Shown in pieces: positions 17,163 to 27,979 of a stretch of 64,000 nt of DNA. Under the pieces are notes generated by a model, which had not been told where the DNA came from, did not search any database, and saw nothing but the letters and a program-made list of their open reading frames with translations. This stretch comes from Candidatus Micrarchaeia archaeon (GTDB taxonomy: Archaea > Micrarchaeota > Micrarchaeia > Anstonellales > Anstonellaceae): NCBI GenBank assembly GCA_041650255.1, contig JBAZLL010000003.1:64801-128800 (forward strand), in the 5' to 3' direction. Numbering within the stretch: position 1 is the stretch's first letter; each line of letters starts with the position of its first letter. A program made the position numbers and the translations under genes.

Positions 17163-17783
17163 ATGTTAACCCTCTTTAGCCTAAACAATCGCTCTTTAAA
17201 AAAAGCAGTAAAGTGCGAAAAAAATCCGTTTACGCTCTCAAGGATTCTCAACGAAAATAATATCGCAAGAATCGGCGTACATCCTTTCTTCTATTCGGAT
17301 CTGGGCGAGCGGGGGCTTTTTAGCCTAACCAAATCCATTACATATGAAAAATATCTTGACTTCATAATACCTCTTTTCTCACACCGTTTTGATTTTGAAA
17401 AATCGCTCTTTATTTTTGAGAATACTGTTTATTCATGCAAAACTGCACAAATGATTTTTGATTCACATTCGGCGAATTTTTCGCAAACCCTCCCAAACTA
17501 TTTTTCCATAAATGGAAAAATATTCGCTTACGGTCCTAATGTTTCAATCATTTCATCCTGCGCAGAAGAGCGTGCATGCATTCAAAAAAACCGCGCAAGC
17601 AAATCGTTTGATTCACTAGTCAGCCTGCTTGAAAAAAGCTCGGGAGTATTTGTATTTGGGATGTTTGCAGAGGACTGCGTTGCAAAAGCAATAATAGATA
17701 TTCGCAAAATACTTGCAAAAATAGGAAAGCATACGTGTGTTTTGCACAATCATGCAACAACAAAATACATGCACGAATTCTAA
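17163..17783 (+). CDS. Hypothetical protein of 206 aa.
   Basis: The call rests on the ORF only. It has no recognised motif and no Walker A, so it is not Rad50. Confidence 0.4.
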   Translation: MLTLFSLNNRSLKKAVKCEKNPFTLSRILNENNIARIGVHPFFYSDLGERGLFSLTKSITYEKYLDFIIPLFSHRFDFEKSLFIFENTVYSCKTAQMIFDSHSANFSQTLPNYFSINGKIFAYGPNVSIISSCAEERACIQKNRASKSFDSLVSLLEKSSGVFVFGMFAEDCVAKAIIDIRKILAKIGKHTCVLHNHATTKYMHEF

Positions 17784-17823
17784 ATAAAATTAAAAAAAAA
17801 GAAAAAGTAAACACCAAGAAAGC

Positions 17824-19164
17824 CTATTCTCCTCTTAGCTGTTTCATATGTGCAATTCTTTTCTCAATCAGCTCAGCAGTTCCAATATCCCCACGATGCC
17901 AGAGCGGACCGGTAAGTGCAGTGCATCCGACTTCCGCAATCTTTTCCGCATTCGAAATCGTGTCCGCTTTTCCAAGCACCGCGACGCTTCTTGATTTGCC
18001 TGAATATATTTTACCCTCTTTCTTCTCAACAGATGCAAAATATATTTGCGCCCCGCTGTCTTTGAGCACATCACTATCCACATAAATCTCTTCCGCCGCA
18101 ACGCTCTTTTCCGGATATCCGTTTGGCACCAGATATTTCACAACCGTTGCGCTTGTTTCCCAATCTATTTCAATTTCAGAAAGTTTTGCATCCGCAATTT
18201 TATCAAAAACATCATAGAGCGAAGCTTTGAGCAATGCAAGAACATTCATCGCTTCCGGATCGCCAAAGCGGGCATTTGTCTCAATAACCTGTACTCCTTC
18301 TTTGCCTGCCATAAACTGACCGTACATAACTCCTTTGAACACGACCTCTTCCTTGAGCAGTGCTTCCATTATGTTTTCCATAATTTTTTGCGCCTGCTCA
18401 TAGTCGCTGTTCTTCATGAACGGCAAAAGTTTTGTGTTGTCCGTATATGAGCCCATCCCGCCGGTGTTCGGTCCCATGTCCTCATTATATGCCTGCTTAT
18501 GGTCCTGCACGCACGGCATCGCGACAAGTGTTTTTCCATCGCAAAATGCCATGAGCGTAAATTCCTCGCCTTCAAGTTTTTTTTCAACAATAAGCCCGCC
18601 TTCGCCGCCAATAGAATTCACCAGAACATCGCGCGCATACTTTTTTGCCTCTTTTATGTCCGCAAGCTGAAAGCCCATCACTTTTACTCCCTTGCCTCCG
18701 GTGAGCCCGACAGGCTTTATCGCGACCTCGCCAAGCTTGTCAATAAATTCATCCACTCCCTTTGTGCTTGTAAAATGTTTATACTCCGGACACCCTTCAA
18801 TAGAGTGTCTTTGCATCAAGTCCCGTAGATATTTTTTGTCCCATTCAATCCTTGAAGCGAATCTTGTGGGAGAAGCGCACCTAATCTGCGCATTCTCAAG
18901 CTCTCCGCCCACTCCTGCTGCCAATACCGCGTCCGGGGATGCAAAAGCCAAATCAATTTTCTTCCCTTTTGTCCACTCAACTATTTCAGGGCCATTCTCA
19001 ATATCTCCGATTGTAAACTCCCCTCCGCTTGAGAGGCACAGTTTCATTATTCCCGGATTTTTGGCATTCATATAGGCAAAAAGCTTAACGCCTGCCTTTT
19101 TGCACACTGCCTGTGCAATCGCGTGTTCGCGGGCTCCGTTTCCAATCAGAAGAAAATTTGGCAT
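17824..19164 (-). CDS. purD: Phosphoribosylamine--glycine ligase (GAR synthetase).
   Basis: The N-terminus is FLLIGNGAREHAIAQAV. ATP-grasp blocks are present (AIKPVGLTGGKGVKV, EEFTLMAFCDG, DHKQAYNEDMGPNTGGMG, IETNARFGDPE). Confidence 0.9.
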   Translation of the reverse strand: MPNFLLIGNGAREHAIAQAVCKKAGVKLFAYMNAKNPGIMKLCLSSGGEFTIGDIENGPEIVEWTKGKKIDLAFASPDAVLAAGVGGELENAQIRCASPTRFASRIEWDKKYLRDLMQRHSIEGCPEYKHFTSTKGVDEFIDKLGEVAIKPVGLTGGKGVKVMGFQLADIKEAKKYARDVLVNSIGGEGGLIVEKKLEGEEFTLMAFCDGKTLVAMPCVQDHKQAYNEDMGPNTGGMGSYTDNTKLLPFMKNSDYEQAQKIMENIMEALLKEEVVFKGVMYGQFMAGKEGVQVIETNARFGDPEAMNVLALLKASLYDVFDKIADAKLSEIEIDWETSATVVKYLVPNGYPEKSVAAEEIYVDSDVLKDSGAQIYFASVEKKEGKIYSGKSRSVAVLGKADTISNAEKIAEVGCTALTGPLWHRGDIGTAELIEKRIAHMKQLRGE

Positions 19165-19168
19165 AAAA

Positions 19169-20269
19169 TCAGTTATCCCTTGCTTTTTTTACCTCTTCTA
19201 TCAAATCCTCTTTTCCTGCAAAATATTTTCTTGCAGGTGCAAGCGTCAAAATCAATTCTCTTGCAACCGCCATTTTCAAATCGGACGGGTGCAGTTTTCC
19301 CTCTTCAAAAGCGCGTTTTAGTTCGGCAACGTTTTCAAATTCAACATTCCCGCCGAATTTTGTGTCCCTCTCCACCAAAAGCGGTTTGTCCCGCAGTACA
19401 AACAATTCCGCGTAATCAATAATCGGATTTCCTTCAACAATTTTTTCCGGGCAATGCGCCTTTTTCATTTTTCGCATTATTTCCTCTTCCGAGTCATGAA
19501 TGAAAATGCACGAATCCGGATTTGATTTTGACATTTTATTTTCAATCATCAGTTCATCCGCATTTTCGTCCCCGCCGCTTTTGCCTGAGTGCGCATCCAT
19601 CCTTTTTGGTCCTTTCAATCCGCCAATAAGCTTTCCGTGAAGTGCAACCGGCTTTTTCTTTTTCATTTTGTCCGCCAGCTCGCGCGCAAGCACATGCACT
19701 TTTCTCTGGTCCATTCCCGCGTGCGCAATATCCACGTCAAGCGCCCACATATCCGCCACTTGCATTGCGGGGTACAAAATCGCCGAAGATTGAAGCACAT
19801 CCTTTTCCGTTCTTCCCATAATGGTTGTGCATCTTAGCATTCTTGCAACAGTCGTCTCTTTTTCTACCCTTAGGACATCTGCCCAGTAGTCGTTTCCCCT
19901 CTTTTCGTACAATTCGCTCCCGAGCACATAATCAACTTTTCCTTCTTCAAGCCCGAGTGATACAAAGCATTGTTTGAAATATCCCTTCGCAACCTTTTGC
20001 GCCAATTGCAAATCCCCGCCCAATTTCCCATTTATCCATCCATGGTAATCTGCTAAAAAGATGGTCGGCTTAATTCCTGCCTGCATAAAATCTTTTACTT
20101 TCATCGCAGTAATCAGCCCGGTGCCAAGATGCACAAGCCCCGAAATTTCAAATCCGATGTAGTGCTTTGGATGCGCGTTTGTCTCAAAAAGATTTCGCAA
20201 TTCGCCCTCTGTAAGCACTTCGCTGATTCCGCCCTTTCTCACAAGCTGCATTTTATGCTCTATGTCCAT
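19169..20269 (-). CDS. tyrS: Tyrosyl-tRNA synthetase, archaeal type.
   Basis: The sequence is collinear with the archaeal TyrRS pattern: YIGFEISGLVHLG, LADYHGW, AILYPAMQVADMWALDVDIAHAGMDQRKVHVLAREL, KMSKS, KKAHCPEKIVEGNPI, FGGNVEF...LHPSDLKMAVAREL. Confidence 0.85.
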   Translation of the reverse strand: MDIEHKMQLVRKGGISEVLTEGELRNLFETNAHPKHYIGFEISGLVHLGTGLITAMKVKDFMQAGIKPTIFLADYHGWINGKLGGDLQLAQKVAKGYFKQCFVSLGLEEGKVDYVLGSELYEKRGNDYWADVLRVEKETTVARMLRCTTIMGRTEKDVLQSSAILYPAMQVADMWALDVDIAHAGMDQRKVHVLARELADKMKKKKPVALHGKLIGGLKGPKRMDAHSGKSGGDENADELMIENKMSKSNPDSCIFIHDSEEEIMRKMKKAHCPEKIVEGNPIIDYAELFVLRDKPLLVERDTKFGGNVEFENVAELKRAFEEGKLHPSDLKMAVARELILTLAPARKYFAGKEDLIEEVKKARDN

Positions 20270-20670
20270 ACCTTACTCTTGTGAATGCAAAATTTAAAAT
20301 GCGGCGCATAAGAAAAACCGCCAAAATCTAGGCACTTTTAAATATCAATTCATTCTTGCATTTTTTCTTTGCGCAAATTCCAAAACTCATTTGGTGTTTT
20401 GAACCTTTCGTGGTTAATTCGCGTTTGTTGCAAACACACAAACACACAAAGCTTTCCAATATTCAATCTGTTTTTAAATTTCAACTCAGCAGTTAGTCTG
20501 CACGGGGAAACGGGACAGATACAAGCTCATAAAAAAGCGTTTTGGCGTGGGAGCCGAACTGTTTTTGGCGCTTGTGTTTCTTGCGCGCGCCGATAATATA
20601 GTTTTGCAAAAAATGCACAAGCACCCCTTTGGGGTTGATGCTTGCCCGCATTTTATGGGGTGGGGTATTC

Positions 20671-23600
20671 ATGGCAAACGAAGCGCAAAAACAAGATACA
20701 AATTCAAGCAACGAACATACACAATCCGCCGGTCTCAAAATAGAGCGCCGCTTAACTTTGGAAGGAACAGACGTCTTCTCGCAATTTGAATACGAATACC
20801 GCTCTTCAACAATCAGAAACCCCGACGGCTCGGTAGTATTTGAACTTACAAATATAGAAGTGCCAAAAGGCTGGTCCCAAGTCGCAACAGATATTCTTGC
20901 TCAAAAATATTTTAGAAAAGCCGGCGTGCCCCAACGCGGCTCCGATGGAAAAATAATTTTAGACCCCGCAACAAACGAACCGATTCTTGGAAGCGAAACT
21001 TCAATAAAGCAAATAGTAAAACGCCTTTCATCCTCTTGGCGCCATTGGGGAGAGCGCTATAATTATTTTGCATCACAGCACGACGCCGAAATATTTGAAG
21101 AAGAGCTGACTTACATGCTTCTCTCGCAAATGGCGGCTCCGAATTCCCCCCAATGGTTTAACAACGGACTCGCGCTCTCTTACGGAATAAACGGTAAAAG
21201 CCAGGGGCATTTTTTTGTTGATGCAAAAAGCGGCGAGCTCAAAACCTGCGAAGACGCATACACCCATCCGCAATTGCACGCCTGTTTCATACAAAGTGTT
21301 ACGGACGATTTGGTAAACGAGGGCGGAATTTTTGACCTTCTCACACGCGAAGCCCGTCTCTTCAAATACGGCTCGGGTACAGGCACAAACTTTTCATCCC
21401 TTCGCTCCAGTGGCGAATCACTTTCAGGAGGCGGAAGGTCTTCAGGCTTAATGTCTTTTCTAAAAATTTACGACCGTGCGGCGGGCGCAATAAAATCCGG
21501 TGGCACAACTCGCCGGGCGGCAAAAATGGTAATCGTAAATGTGGACCATCCGGACATAGAAGAATTTGTAAATTGGAAAGTGAACGAGGAGAAAAAAGTC
21601 GCCGCACTCGTATCCGGTTCGCGCTCAATAAGAAAATCCTTAAACAAAATAATGCAGGTCGCAATTGAGGAGCACTCAACAGACTTTAGCGGAAACAAAC
21701 GACTACGTCAAGTTGTAGCGGGGGCACTGGCAAGAAACGTCCCACTAAATTATGTTTTGCGCGCACTTTCCCTTTCACAGCAAGGTCTTAGCAAATTTGA
21801 TTTTCCCCTCTTTGATACTCATTATGAAGGCGAAGCATACATCACAGTTTCCGGGCAAAATTCAAACAACACCGTGCGAATTACAAATCGCTTCATGGAA
21901 GCGGTGGATACGGACGACAATTGGCGCCTTGTGCGCAGAACGGACGGCAAAATCGCCCGCGAGCTAAAAGCGCGCGAGCTTTGGAACCAAATATCTTCCG
22001 CCGCATGGGCATGCGCCGATCCGGGTCTGCAATTTGACGACACAATAAATGAATGGCACACCTGCCCAATCGACGGGCGCATAAACGCCTCAAACCCGTG
22101 TTCGGAATACATGTTCCTTGACAACACTGCATGCAACCTTGCCTCTCTAAATCTGTCCAAATTTTTGGACGAAGAGCAAGGCACTCTTAGAATAGATGAT
22201 TATTTGCACGCAATTCGTCTTTGGACAATCGTGCTTGAAATTTCCGTTCTAATGGCAGGTTATCCATCTTCCGACGTTGCACAGCGCTCATACACTTACC
22301 GCACGCTCGGGCTTGGCTATGCAAATTTGGGCACCGTGCTCATGGTATTGGGTATTCCTTACGACAGCCCGCAGGCATTGGCAATCTCGGGTGCACTTTC
22401 TGCAATTCTTACCGGGCAATCCTATGCAACAAGCGCGGAGATGGCAAAAATTATCGGACCATTTGAAGCATACGAGCGCAACAAAAGTTCAATGCTCAAG
22501 GTTATGCGAAACCATCGCCGTGCCGCTTACAATGTAAAGCATTCCGAATACGAAGGTCTTAGCATAAAACCGATCGGAATAGACGAGATAAACGCCCCCA
22601 ACTATTTGGTAAAAGCGGCCCGCGACAGCTGGGATCACGCACTCGAATTGGGTGAAAAATACGGATACCGCAACGCGCAAACAACCGTAATAGCACCGAC
22701 TGGTACAATCGGACTTCTCATGGATTGCGACACCACCGGAGTTGAGCCCGACTTTGCAATTGTCAAATTCAAAAAGCTTGCAGGCGGCGGCTATTTCAAA
22801 ATAGTAAATCATTCCGTGAAAAAAGCCCTCAAGCGGCTGAATTATTCAAAGGCACAAATAGAAGCGATAGAACAATACTGCAAAGGGCACGGCACGCTTG
22901 TCGGTTGCCCGAAAATAAACCGCGAATCATTAAAGGAAAAAGGCTTTTCCGATGAAAAAGTGGATTTGGTGGAGCGCCAGATGCCCTCCGTATTTGACAT
23001 AAAATTCGCATTCAATCAATACGTGCTCGGATCCGAGTTTCTCAAAATGCTCGGTGCAACCGATGCGGATCTTTCCAATCCGAAATTCAACATTCTCAAA
23101 TTCCTCGGATTTGAAAAAGAGGATATCTCGCGCGCAAACGATTATGTTTGCGGCACAATGACAATTGAGGGTGCGCCCCATCTAAAACCCGAACACTATG
23201 CAATATTTGATTGTGCATCAAAATGCGGCAAAAAAGGCACGCGCGCAATTGCTTATCAGGCGCACATACGCATGATGGCGGCAGTTCAGCCTTTCATCTC
23301 CGGCTCAATTTCAAAAACAATCAACATGCCAAAGGACGCAACAATTGATGATGTGAAAGAAGCATATCTTCTCTCTTACAAAAAAATGTTAAAGTGCAAT
23401 GCGCTTTATCGCGACGGCTCAAAACTTTCACAGCCACTCAACGCCACAAGCGAATCGGAAGAGGAGGAGCTTGAGGCATTGACTGCACTTTCGGCAGAAG
23501 CTGAAAAAGCAATGGATCAGGAAGCGATTCAGCCAGTTGTTCTCTCCACTTTGCAGAGAAGAAAACTTCCTTCAAGAAGGCACGGCTTTGTGCAAGAGGC

Positions 23601-24204
23601 GCGGGTCGGCGGGCACAAGGTTTATCTCAAAACGGGCGAATATCCAGATGGAAAACTCGGAGAAATATTTATCGACATGTACAAAGAAGGTGCCTCGTAT
23701 AAGTCATTGCTCAACTGCTTTGCGGTTGCAGTCTCAAAAGGCTTGCAATACGGGGTTCCGCTTGAGGAATTTGTGGACACATTCACCTTCACCCGCTTTG
23801 AGCCTTCCGGTCCTGTGAGTGGGCACGAAGCGGTGAAAAATTCCACCTCAATTGTGGATTACATCTTCCGCGTGCTCGGGTACGAATATTTGCACCGCAC
23901 CGATTTTGTGCATGTAAAACCGGTTTCAATATCCGTCTCCTCCGAGCAGGCAACCCTCTCTCCGCCAACAAAGCAGATAGAGCAATCTTCGGATGGGCTT
24001 GAAAAGGGCGAGGACGAAATGCTTTCGGCGGGTCAGAAGCAGGCACAAACCCCTCCTTCTGCGTCCCCTCATGAAAAAATAAAAGAGGCAAAGGCTCTCG
24101 GATACACCGGCGACCCTTGCGGCGGATGCGGCTCAATGAAAGTAAAGAGAAACGGAAGCTGTACGGTTTGCCTTGATTGCGGAGAAACAAGCGGGTGTTC
24201 GTAA
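20671..24204 (+). CDS. nrdJ: Adenosylcobalamin-dependent (class II) ribonucleotide reductase, long form.
   Basis: Matching blocks: [79 protein letters not shown], and the C-terminal Cys cluster [32 protein letters not shown] prefer the ATG at 20671. Confidence 0.9.
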   Translation: MANEAQKQDTNSSNEHTQSAGLKIERRLTLEGTDVFSQFEYEYRSSTIRNPDGSVVFELTNIEVPKGWSQVATDILAQKYFRKAGVPQRGSDGKIILDPATNEPILGSETSIKQIVKRLSSSWRHWGERYNYFASQHDAEIFEEELTYMLLSQMAAPNSPQWFNNGLALSYGINGKSQGHFFVDAKSGELKTCEDAYTHPQLHACFIQSVTDDLVNEGGIFDLLTREARLFKYGSGTGTNFSSLRSSGESLSGGGRSSGLMSFLKIYDRAAGAIKSGGTTRRAAKMVIVNVDHPDIEEFVNWKVNEEKKVAALVSGSRSIRKSLNKIMQVAIEEHSTDFSGNKRLRQVVAGALARNVPLNYVLRALSLSQQGLSKFDFPLFDTHYEGEAYITVSGQNSNNTVRITNRFMEAVDTDDNWRLVRRTDGKIARELKARELWNQISSAAWACADPGLQFDDTINEWHTCPIDGRINASNPCSEYMFLDNTACNLASLNLSKFLDEEQGTLRIDDYLHAIRLWTIVLEISVLMAGYPSSDVAQRSYTYRTLGLGYANLGTVLMVLGIPYDSPQALAISGALSAILTGQSYATSAEMAKIIGPFEAYERNKSSMLKVMRNHRRAAYNVKHSEYEGLSIKPIGIDEINAPNYLVKAARDSWDHALELGEKYGYRNAQTTVIAPTGTIGLLMDCDTTGVEPDFAIVKFKKLAGGGYFKIVNHSVKKALKRLNYSKAQIEAIEQYCKGHGTLVGCPKINRESLKEKGFSDEKVDLVERQMPSVFDIKFAFNQYVLGSEFLKMLGATDADLSNPKFNILKFLGFEKEDISRANDYVCGTMTIEGAPHLKPEHYAIFDCASKCGKKGTRAIAYQAHIRMMAAVQPFISGSISKTINMPKDATIDDVKEAYLLSYKKMLKCNALYRDGSKLSQPLNATSESEEEELEALTALSAEAEKAMDQEAIQPVVLSTLQRRKLPSRRHGFVQEARVGGHKVYLKTGEYPDGKLGEIFIDMYKEGASYKSLLNCFAVAVSKGLQYGVPLEEFVDTFTFTRFEPSGPVSGHEAVKNSTSIVDYIFRVLGYEYLHRTDFVHVKPVSISVSSEQATLSPPTKQIEQSSDGLEKGEDEMLSAGQKQAQTPPSASPHEKIKEAKALGYTGDPCGGCGSMKVKRNGSCTVCLDCGETSGCS

Positions 24205-24257
24205 GTTTTTTTCTTTAATTTTTGTTCTTAACTTTTTTTATTTTCTTTTTCTCTATT

Positions 24258-24935
24258 TCACATTCTCTTTACCAATTCAATCAGCTCTTGCGGCTTTTCA
24301 ATTTCAAAATCCGCAACTGTGCCGTCATTCCCGTAATTATGCCCATACTTAGCAAAACAAGTTTTCATCCCTGCACTTTTCGCGCCCTTAATATCGCGGG
24401 ACGGATTATCCCCAACCATCAAACAATCCGAGGGTTCAAGGGAAAGTTTTTTTGAAATGAACAAAAACGGTTCCACGCCCGGCTTGTAAATATTTGTGTC
24501 ATGAAAAGTGCCAATCGCCTCAAAATATTTTTGCAAATTTACAAATTCCAATCTTTGGTGCGCCTGCTCCTTCGCCGCATCCGTAAGCACCGCAAGCCTA
24601 TACTCCCCTCCCAACCCACAAAGCATTTGCTCCACCCCTTCATAAGGTCTTAGCATCTGCGATTTCTTTCTCAAATAAGCGGTAATCGCCGCATTTCTAA
24701 TCCTCTCAAATTTCGGCTTTTCAAATTTGAACGGCTTTAGCAATTCGCTAAAAGTCAGCTGGTATTCAATCCCGTGCGTCTCGTATATTTTGAAAATAAG
24801 GTCCCGAACTCTCTTTTCATTCATCTCAAGACCGGCGCCAACCATCGCCCGCGCCGCCTCGTCCGCCGACTCCTGCTTAAACTCCCAAAAATTTACCAGA
24901 GTATTATCCAAATCAAAAATAATCGCCTTGACCAT
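24258..24935 (-). CDS. HAD-superfamily phosphatase.
   Basis: HAD motif I is MVKAIIFDLDNTL. Motif III/IV is VGDNPSRDIKGAKSAGM. Confidence 0.75.
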   Translation of the reverse strand: MVKAIIFDLDNTLVNFWEFKQESADEAARAMVGAGLEMNEKRVRDLIFKIYETHGIEYQLTFSELLKPFKFEKPKFERIRNAAITAYLRKKSQMLRPYEGVEQMLCGLGGEYRLAVLTDAAKEQAHQRLEFVNLQKYFEAIGTFHDTNIYKPGVEPFLFISKKLSLEPSDCLMVGDNPSRDIKGAKSAGMKTCFAKYGHNYGNDGTVADFEIEKPQELIELVKRM

Positions 24936-25025
24936 AAGAAAACCAAAAAACATCCATTTGTGTTCAATTTCTGCCGCTTTCCTTCACGCAACTAAATTAT
25001 AAAATACGGACACCCAGATTAACTC

Positions 25026-25796
25026 ATGCCTCGCTCAAATTTCAAGCTCCGTTCATGGGCTCAAGTCGTGGATATGCTCAAGGACTGCCAGCTTTTGCTT
25101 GAAGTCACCGACGCAAGGCGAATAACGCAAACCCGGGTTCCGAAAATGGAAAAGGGCTTTGACGACAAATTCATAATCGCCGCAACAAAAGCAGACATGC
25201 TCCCGACTTTTCCAAAAAATTCCAAACTGGGCAAAATCCCGCTTTTCTACTGCTCTTCAAGAACAAGAGAAGGAATTGACAATCTCAAAGATTATATCCT
25301 CAAATTCGCAAGAAAAAAGAAAAGAGGCATCGCAGATGTTCTAATATTCGGAATTCCAAACGTTGGCAAGAGCTCCCTGATAAACGCGCTCACCGGCAGG
25401 CATGCAACAAAAACCGGCTTTCGCTCCGGAATAACTAGGGGCGTGCAATGGATTCACTTCGCGGAAAACGTCCGGCTTGTGGACGCACCCGGAGTTGTGG
25501 ACCTCGCAACAATGCCCGAAGAGCTTGCCCTAAATTCCGCATACGATGTGCAGATGCTAAAAAATCCTATGCAGGTGGCGGAAAAAATATTGGGCGAATT
25601 TTTGTATCTAAAAGATGATTCCATCTTTACTCATTACAAAGTTTCAAAGTCGGAAGACATTCAAGAACTTCTTTCAGACATCTCAAAACGCCGAGGCAAG
25701 CTCTCAAAAGGCGGCGAGCCCGATATAGATGAAGCCGCAAGAATATTGGTGCGCGATTGGCAGAAAGGAAAAATATTGCCAAAATCGCCAGAATAA
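25026..25796 (+). CDS. Circularly permuted GTPase of the YlqF/RbgA/YawG type, a ribosome-biogenesis GTPase family.
   Basis: G4 (ATKADML) precedes G1 (GIPNVGKSSLINALTG) and G3 (DAPGV). This is the permuted motif order. Confidence 0.7.
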   Translation: MPRSNFKLRSWAQVVDMLKDCQLLLEVTDARRITQTRVPKMEKGFDDKFIIAATKADMLPTFPKNSKLGKIPLFYCSSRTREGIDNLKDYILKFARKKKRGIADVLIFGIPNVGKSSLINALTGRHATKTGFRSGITRGVQWIHFAENVRLVDAPGVVDLATMPEELALNSAYDVQMLKNPMQVAEKILGEFLYLKDDSIFTHYKVSKSEDIQELLSDISKRRGKLSKGGEPDIDEAARILVRDWQKGKILPKSPE

Positions 25797-25843
25797 AATC
25801 AAAATACGTTTTTGCAAACAGCTCTTCTCAACAAAAATTCTAT

Positions 25844-26275
25844 TTATCCGACTAACGCTCTTCTTGTTGCTTCTTCTTTTGAGAAAAGACTTTTTTTTAT
25901 CATTTCATCCATTACGCTCTGCAAAACCATTTCTCTTCTCTGAAAAGTAGGCTCTTCAACTCCATCCTCATAAATCAGGCGCACTTTGTATTTTTTTATA
26001 ATAGTCTTTCTATCCGCTTCAAGCACATTTAATCTTTCATCATAACCGGAACCGTGCTCACCAAAAGAAAAACTGTTTCTTATTCCAATTTCCTTGCGCT
26101 CTTTTTTTATAATCCTGATTTTCTTGTCAATTTCAGAAACTTTTATCGCGTCCCCCTCACTCAAAATCAGCATATTGTATACAAATCCCTTAGCCCCAAC
26201 CACCTCTCCTCCCTCATTTTTCATGCCCGATGGTTCCGCGCTAAGAATATAATAAAAATTTCCTTCGTCCGCCAT
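25844..26275 (-). CDS. Hypothetical protein of 143 aa.
   Basis: The call rests on the ORF only. It is divergent from the thyX-like gene. Confidence 0.45.
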   Translation of the reverse strand: MADEGNFYYILSAEPSGMKNEGGEVVGAKGFVYNMLILSEGDAIKVSEIDKKIRIIKKERKEIGIRNSFSFGEHGSGYDERLNVLEADRKTIIKKYKVRLIYEDGVEEPTFQRREMVLQSVMDEMIKKSLFSKEEATRRALVG

Positions 26276-26338
26276 ATTTTCTTAACTAACGCGAGCATCT
26301 TTATAATTGTTCAATTGCTTGTATTTGCGGGAGGTTTT

Positions 26339-27979
26339 ATGGACGAATTTAGCCAAGCTGAAGCAGAATTGCTCAAGCCCTATGTCACAAACACAAACAA
26401 AAATGTCTTTGGCTTAATCAACCTGCCCCAAGTTGTCTGCGGCGCTCTTTTCTCAAGATATTCCCGCTCTTCAAAAAGCGCAAGGCGCGTTCTTTTGGAA
26501 GAATTTATGCAGGACCCGCAAATGCATTTTGCGGAAATAGTCGGCAGTGCAAAAAATTCTCCAACCCAGCTCATTGCAACGAAAAAAGCGGAAGAATTTT
26601 ACGACCGCGTTCTCGTCGGCTTCGGAGACGATTCCGTCGCCGAATTGGGCGGGGCTCACATCGCCTGCGAGCAAATATCCAATCTTGCCACAAAATTCAC
26701 CCAAGATTCAAGAATAGGCATCTCCCCTCTTGAAAAAAGCACCCGCTATGTTTATTTTGACAAAAAACAGGATGGAAAATATCTTTACTATTGTGGAAAA
26801 GAAATCACCGAGAGCGAAGTTGGAAAAATATACGAGAAAACCTGCGATTTGCTCTTTGACACTTATGTTTCTCTCATGCAAAAAGTTTCTGAAAAACTTA
26901 TGCAAAAATATCCAAGGGAAAAAGATGCATCCGAGCGTGCATATTCATCCGCAATTCGCGCCAAAACCTGCGACATTTTGCGCGGGCTTCTTCCGGCGGG
27001 AACGCTTACAAACTCCGGCTTTTACGGAAACGGGCGCTCGTTCGAATATCTCCTGACAAAAATGTATTCCTCCGATTTGCCCGAAGTGAAAAATCTTGCA
27101 ACACAAATGCAGGAAGAGCTTTCTTTCTCAATTCCCTCTTTCGTAAAACGCGCGAATAACAAATACGGAATCGCGACACAGCAATACTGGATTGACACTC
27201 GCACGCAAACAAAAAAATTAGTTGAAGATAAATTCTTGACTGCAAATTTGCCAAAAGAAAAAAACAGCACAGAAGAATCTACTCCCGAAGTACAACTAAT
27301 TTATTTTGATGAGAATGCGCATGAAAAACTGTCTGCCGCAATTCTTTTTGAATTTGGAATGGATTATGCGTCTGCAAAAAAGAAAGCATCCTCCCTTTCC
27401 AAAGGGCAACAACTTGAGCTTATCTCATCATACGTTGGAAAAAGAGGCAACCGCCGCCAAAAGCCCGGGCGTGCATTCGAGCATGTTTTCTATACATTTG
27501 CAATTTGCGCAAATTTTGGTCAGTTCAGGGATTTGCACAGGCATCGAATTCTCACTCAAATGCGTCAGCCTCTTTCATGCGAAAACGGATACGATATGCC
27601 GCCAGAGCTTGTGCAAATGGGTCTTGATTTTGAATTTTCATCCGCAATGCAGGAAGCGAAAGCCTCTTACGAGCAAATAAATTCTGTCCTTGGGCCCGCG
27701 CTTGCCCAATATGTTGTGCCTATGGCTTACCGAATGAAATGGTATATGCACTTAAACCTGCGCGAGACATTCCATCTGATAGAGCTTCGTTCTGCGCCGC
27801 AGGGCCACACCGACTATCGCCGCGTGGTGATAAAAATGCTTGATGAAATGAAAGCGGTACAGCCAGAGCTTGCCAATTTCATAATATTTGCAAACCGCGA
27901 GGATATTGCCCTTGAGCGCCTTGATGCGGAAAAAAGAATAGATGAGCGTCTAAAAAAAATTGATGAAAAAAAATATTAG
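26339..27979 (+). CDS. thyX: ThyX-family protein (flavin-dependent thymidylate synthase-like), unusually long at about 546 aa.
   Basis: ThyX-like blocks: CGALFSRYSRSS, AELGGAHI, GQFRDLHRHRILTQ, ETFHLIELRSAPQGH. I prefer the ATG at 26339, with the TATA sequence CTTTATAATT about 30 nt upstream. Confidence 0.6.
   Translation: MDEFSQAEAELLKPYVTNTNKNVFGLINLPQVVCGALFSRYSRSSKSARRVLLEEFMQDPQMHFAEIVGSAKNSPTQLIATKKAEEFYDRVLVGFGDDSVAELGGAHIACEQISNLATKFTQDSRIGISPLEKSTRYVYFDKKQDGKYLYYCGKEITESEVGKIYEKTCDLLFDTYVSLMQKVSEKLMQKYPREKDASERAYSSAIRAKTCDILRGLLPAGTLTNSGFYGNGRSFEYLLTKMYSSDLPEVKNLATQMQEELSFSIPSFVKRANNKYGIATQQYWIDTRTQTKKLVEDKFLTANLPKEKNSTEESTPEVQLIYFDENAHEKLSAAILFEFGMDYASAKKKASSLSKGQQLELISSYVGKRGNRRQKPGRAFEHVFYTFAICANFGQFRDLHRHRILTQMRQPLSCENGYDMPPELVQMGLDFEFSSAMQEAKASYEQINSVLGPALAQYVVPMAYRMKWYMHLNLRETFHLIELRSAPQGHTDYRRVVIKMLDEMKAVQPELANFIIFANREDIALERLDAEKRIDERLKKIDEKKY

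Noticed and set aside
20671-24204. Possible intein in the long (1177-aa) NrdJ.
   Set aside because: I see no intein block signatures: no Cys/Ser-start splice junction followed by a terminal HN-C/S/T, and no homing-endonuclease LAGLIDADG motifs. The RNR blocks appear collinear. The length is consistent with long-form class II enzymes.
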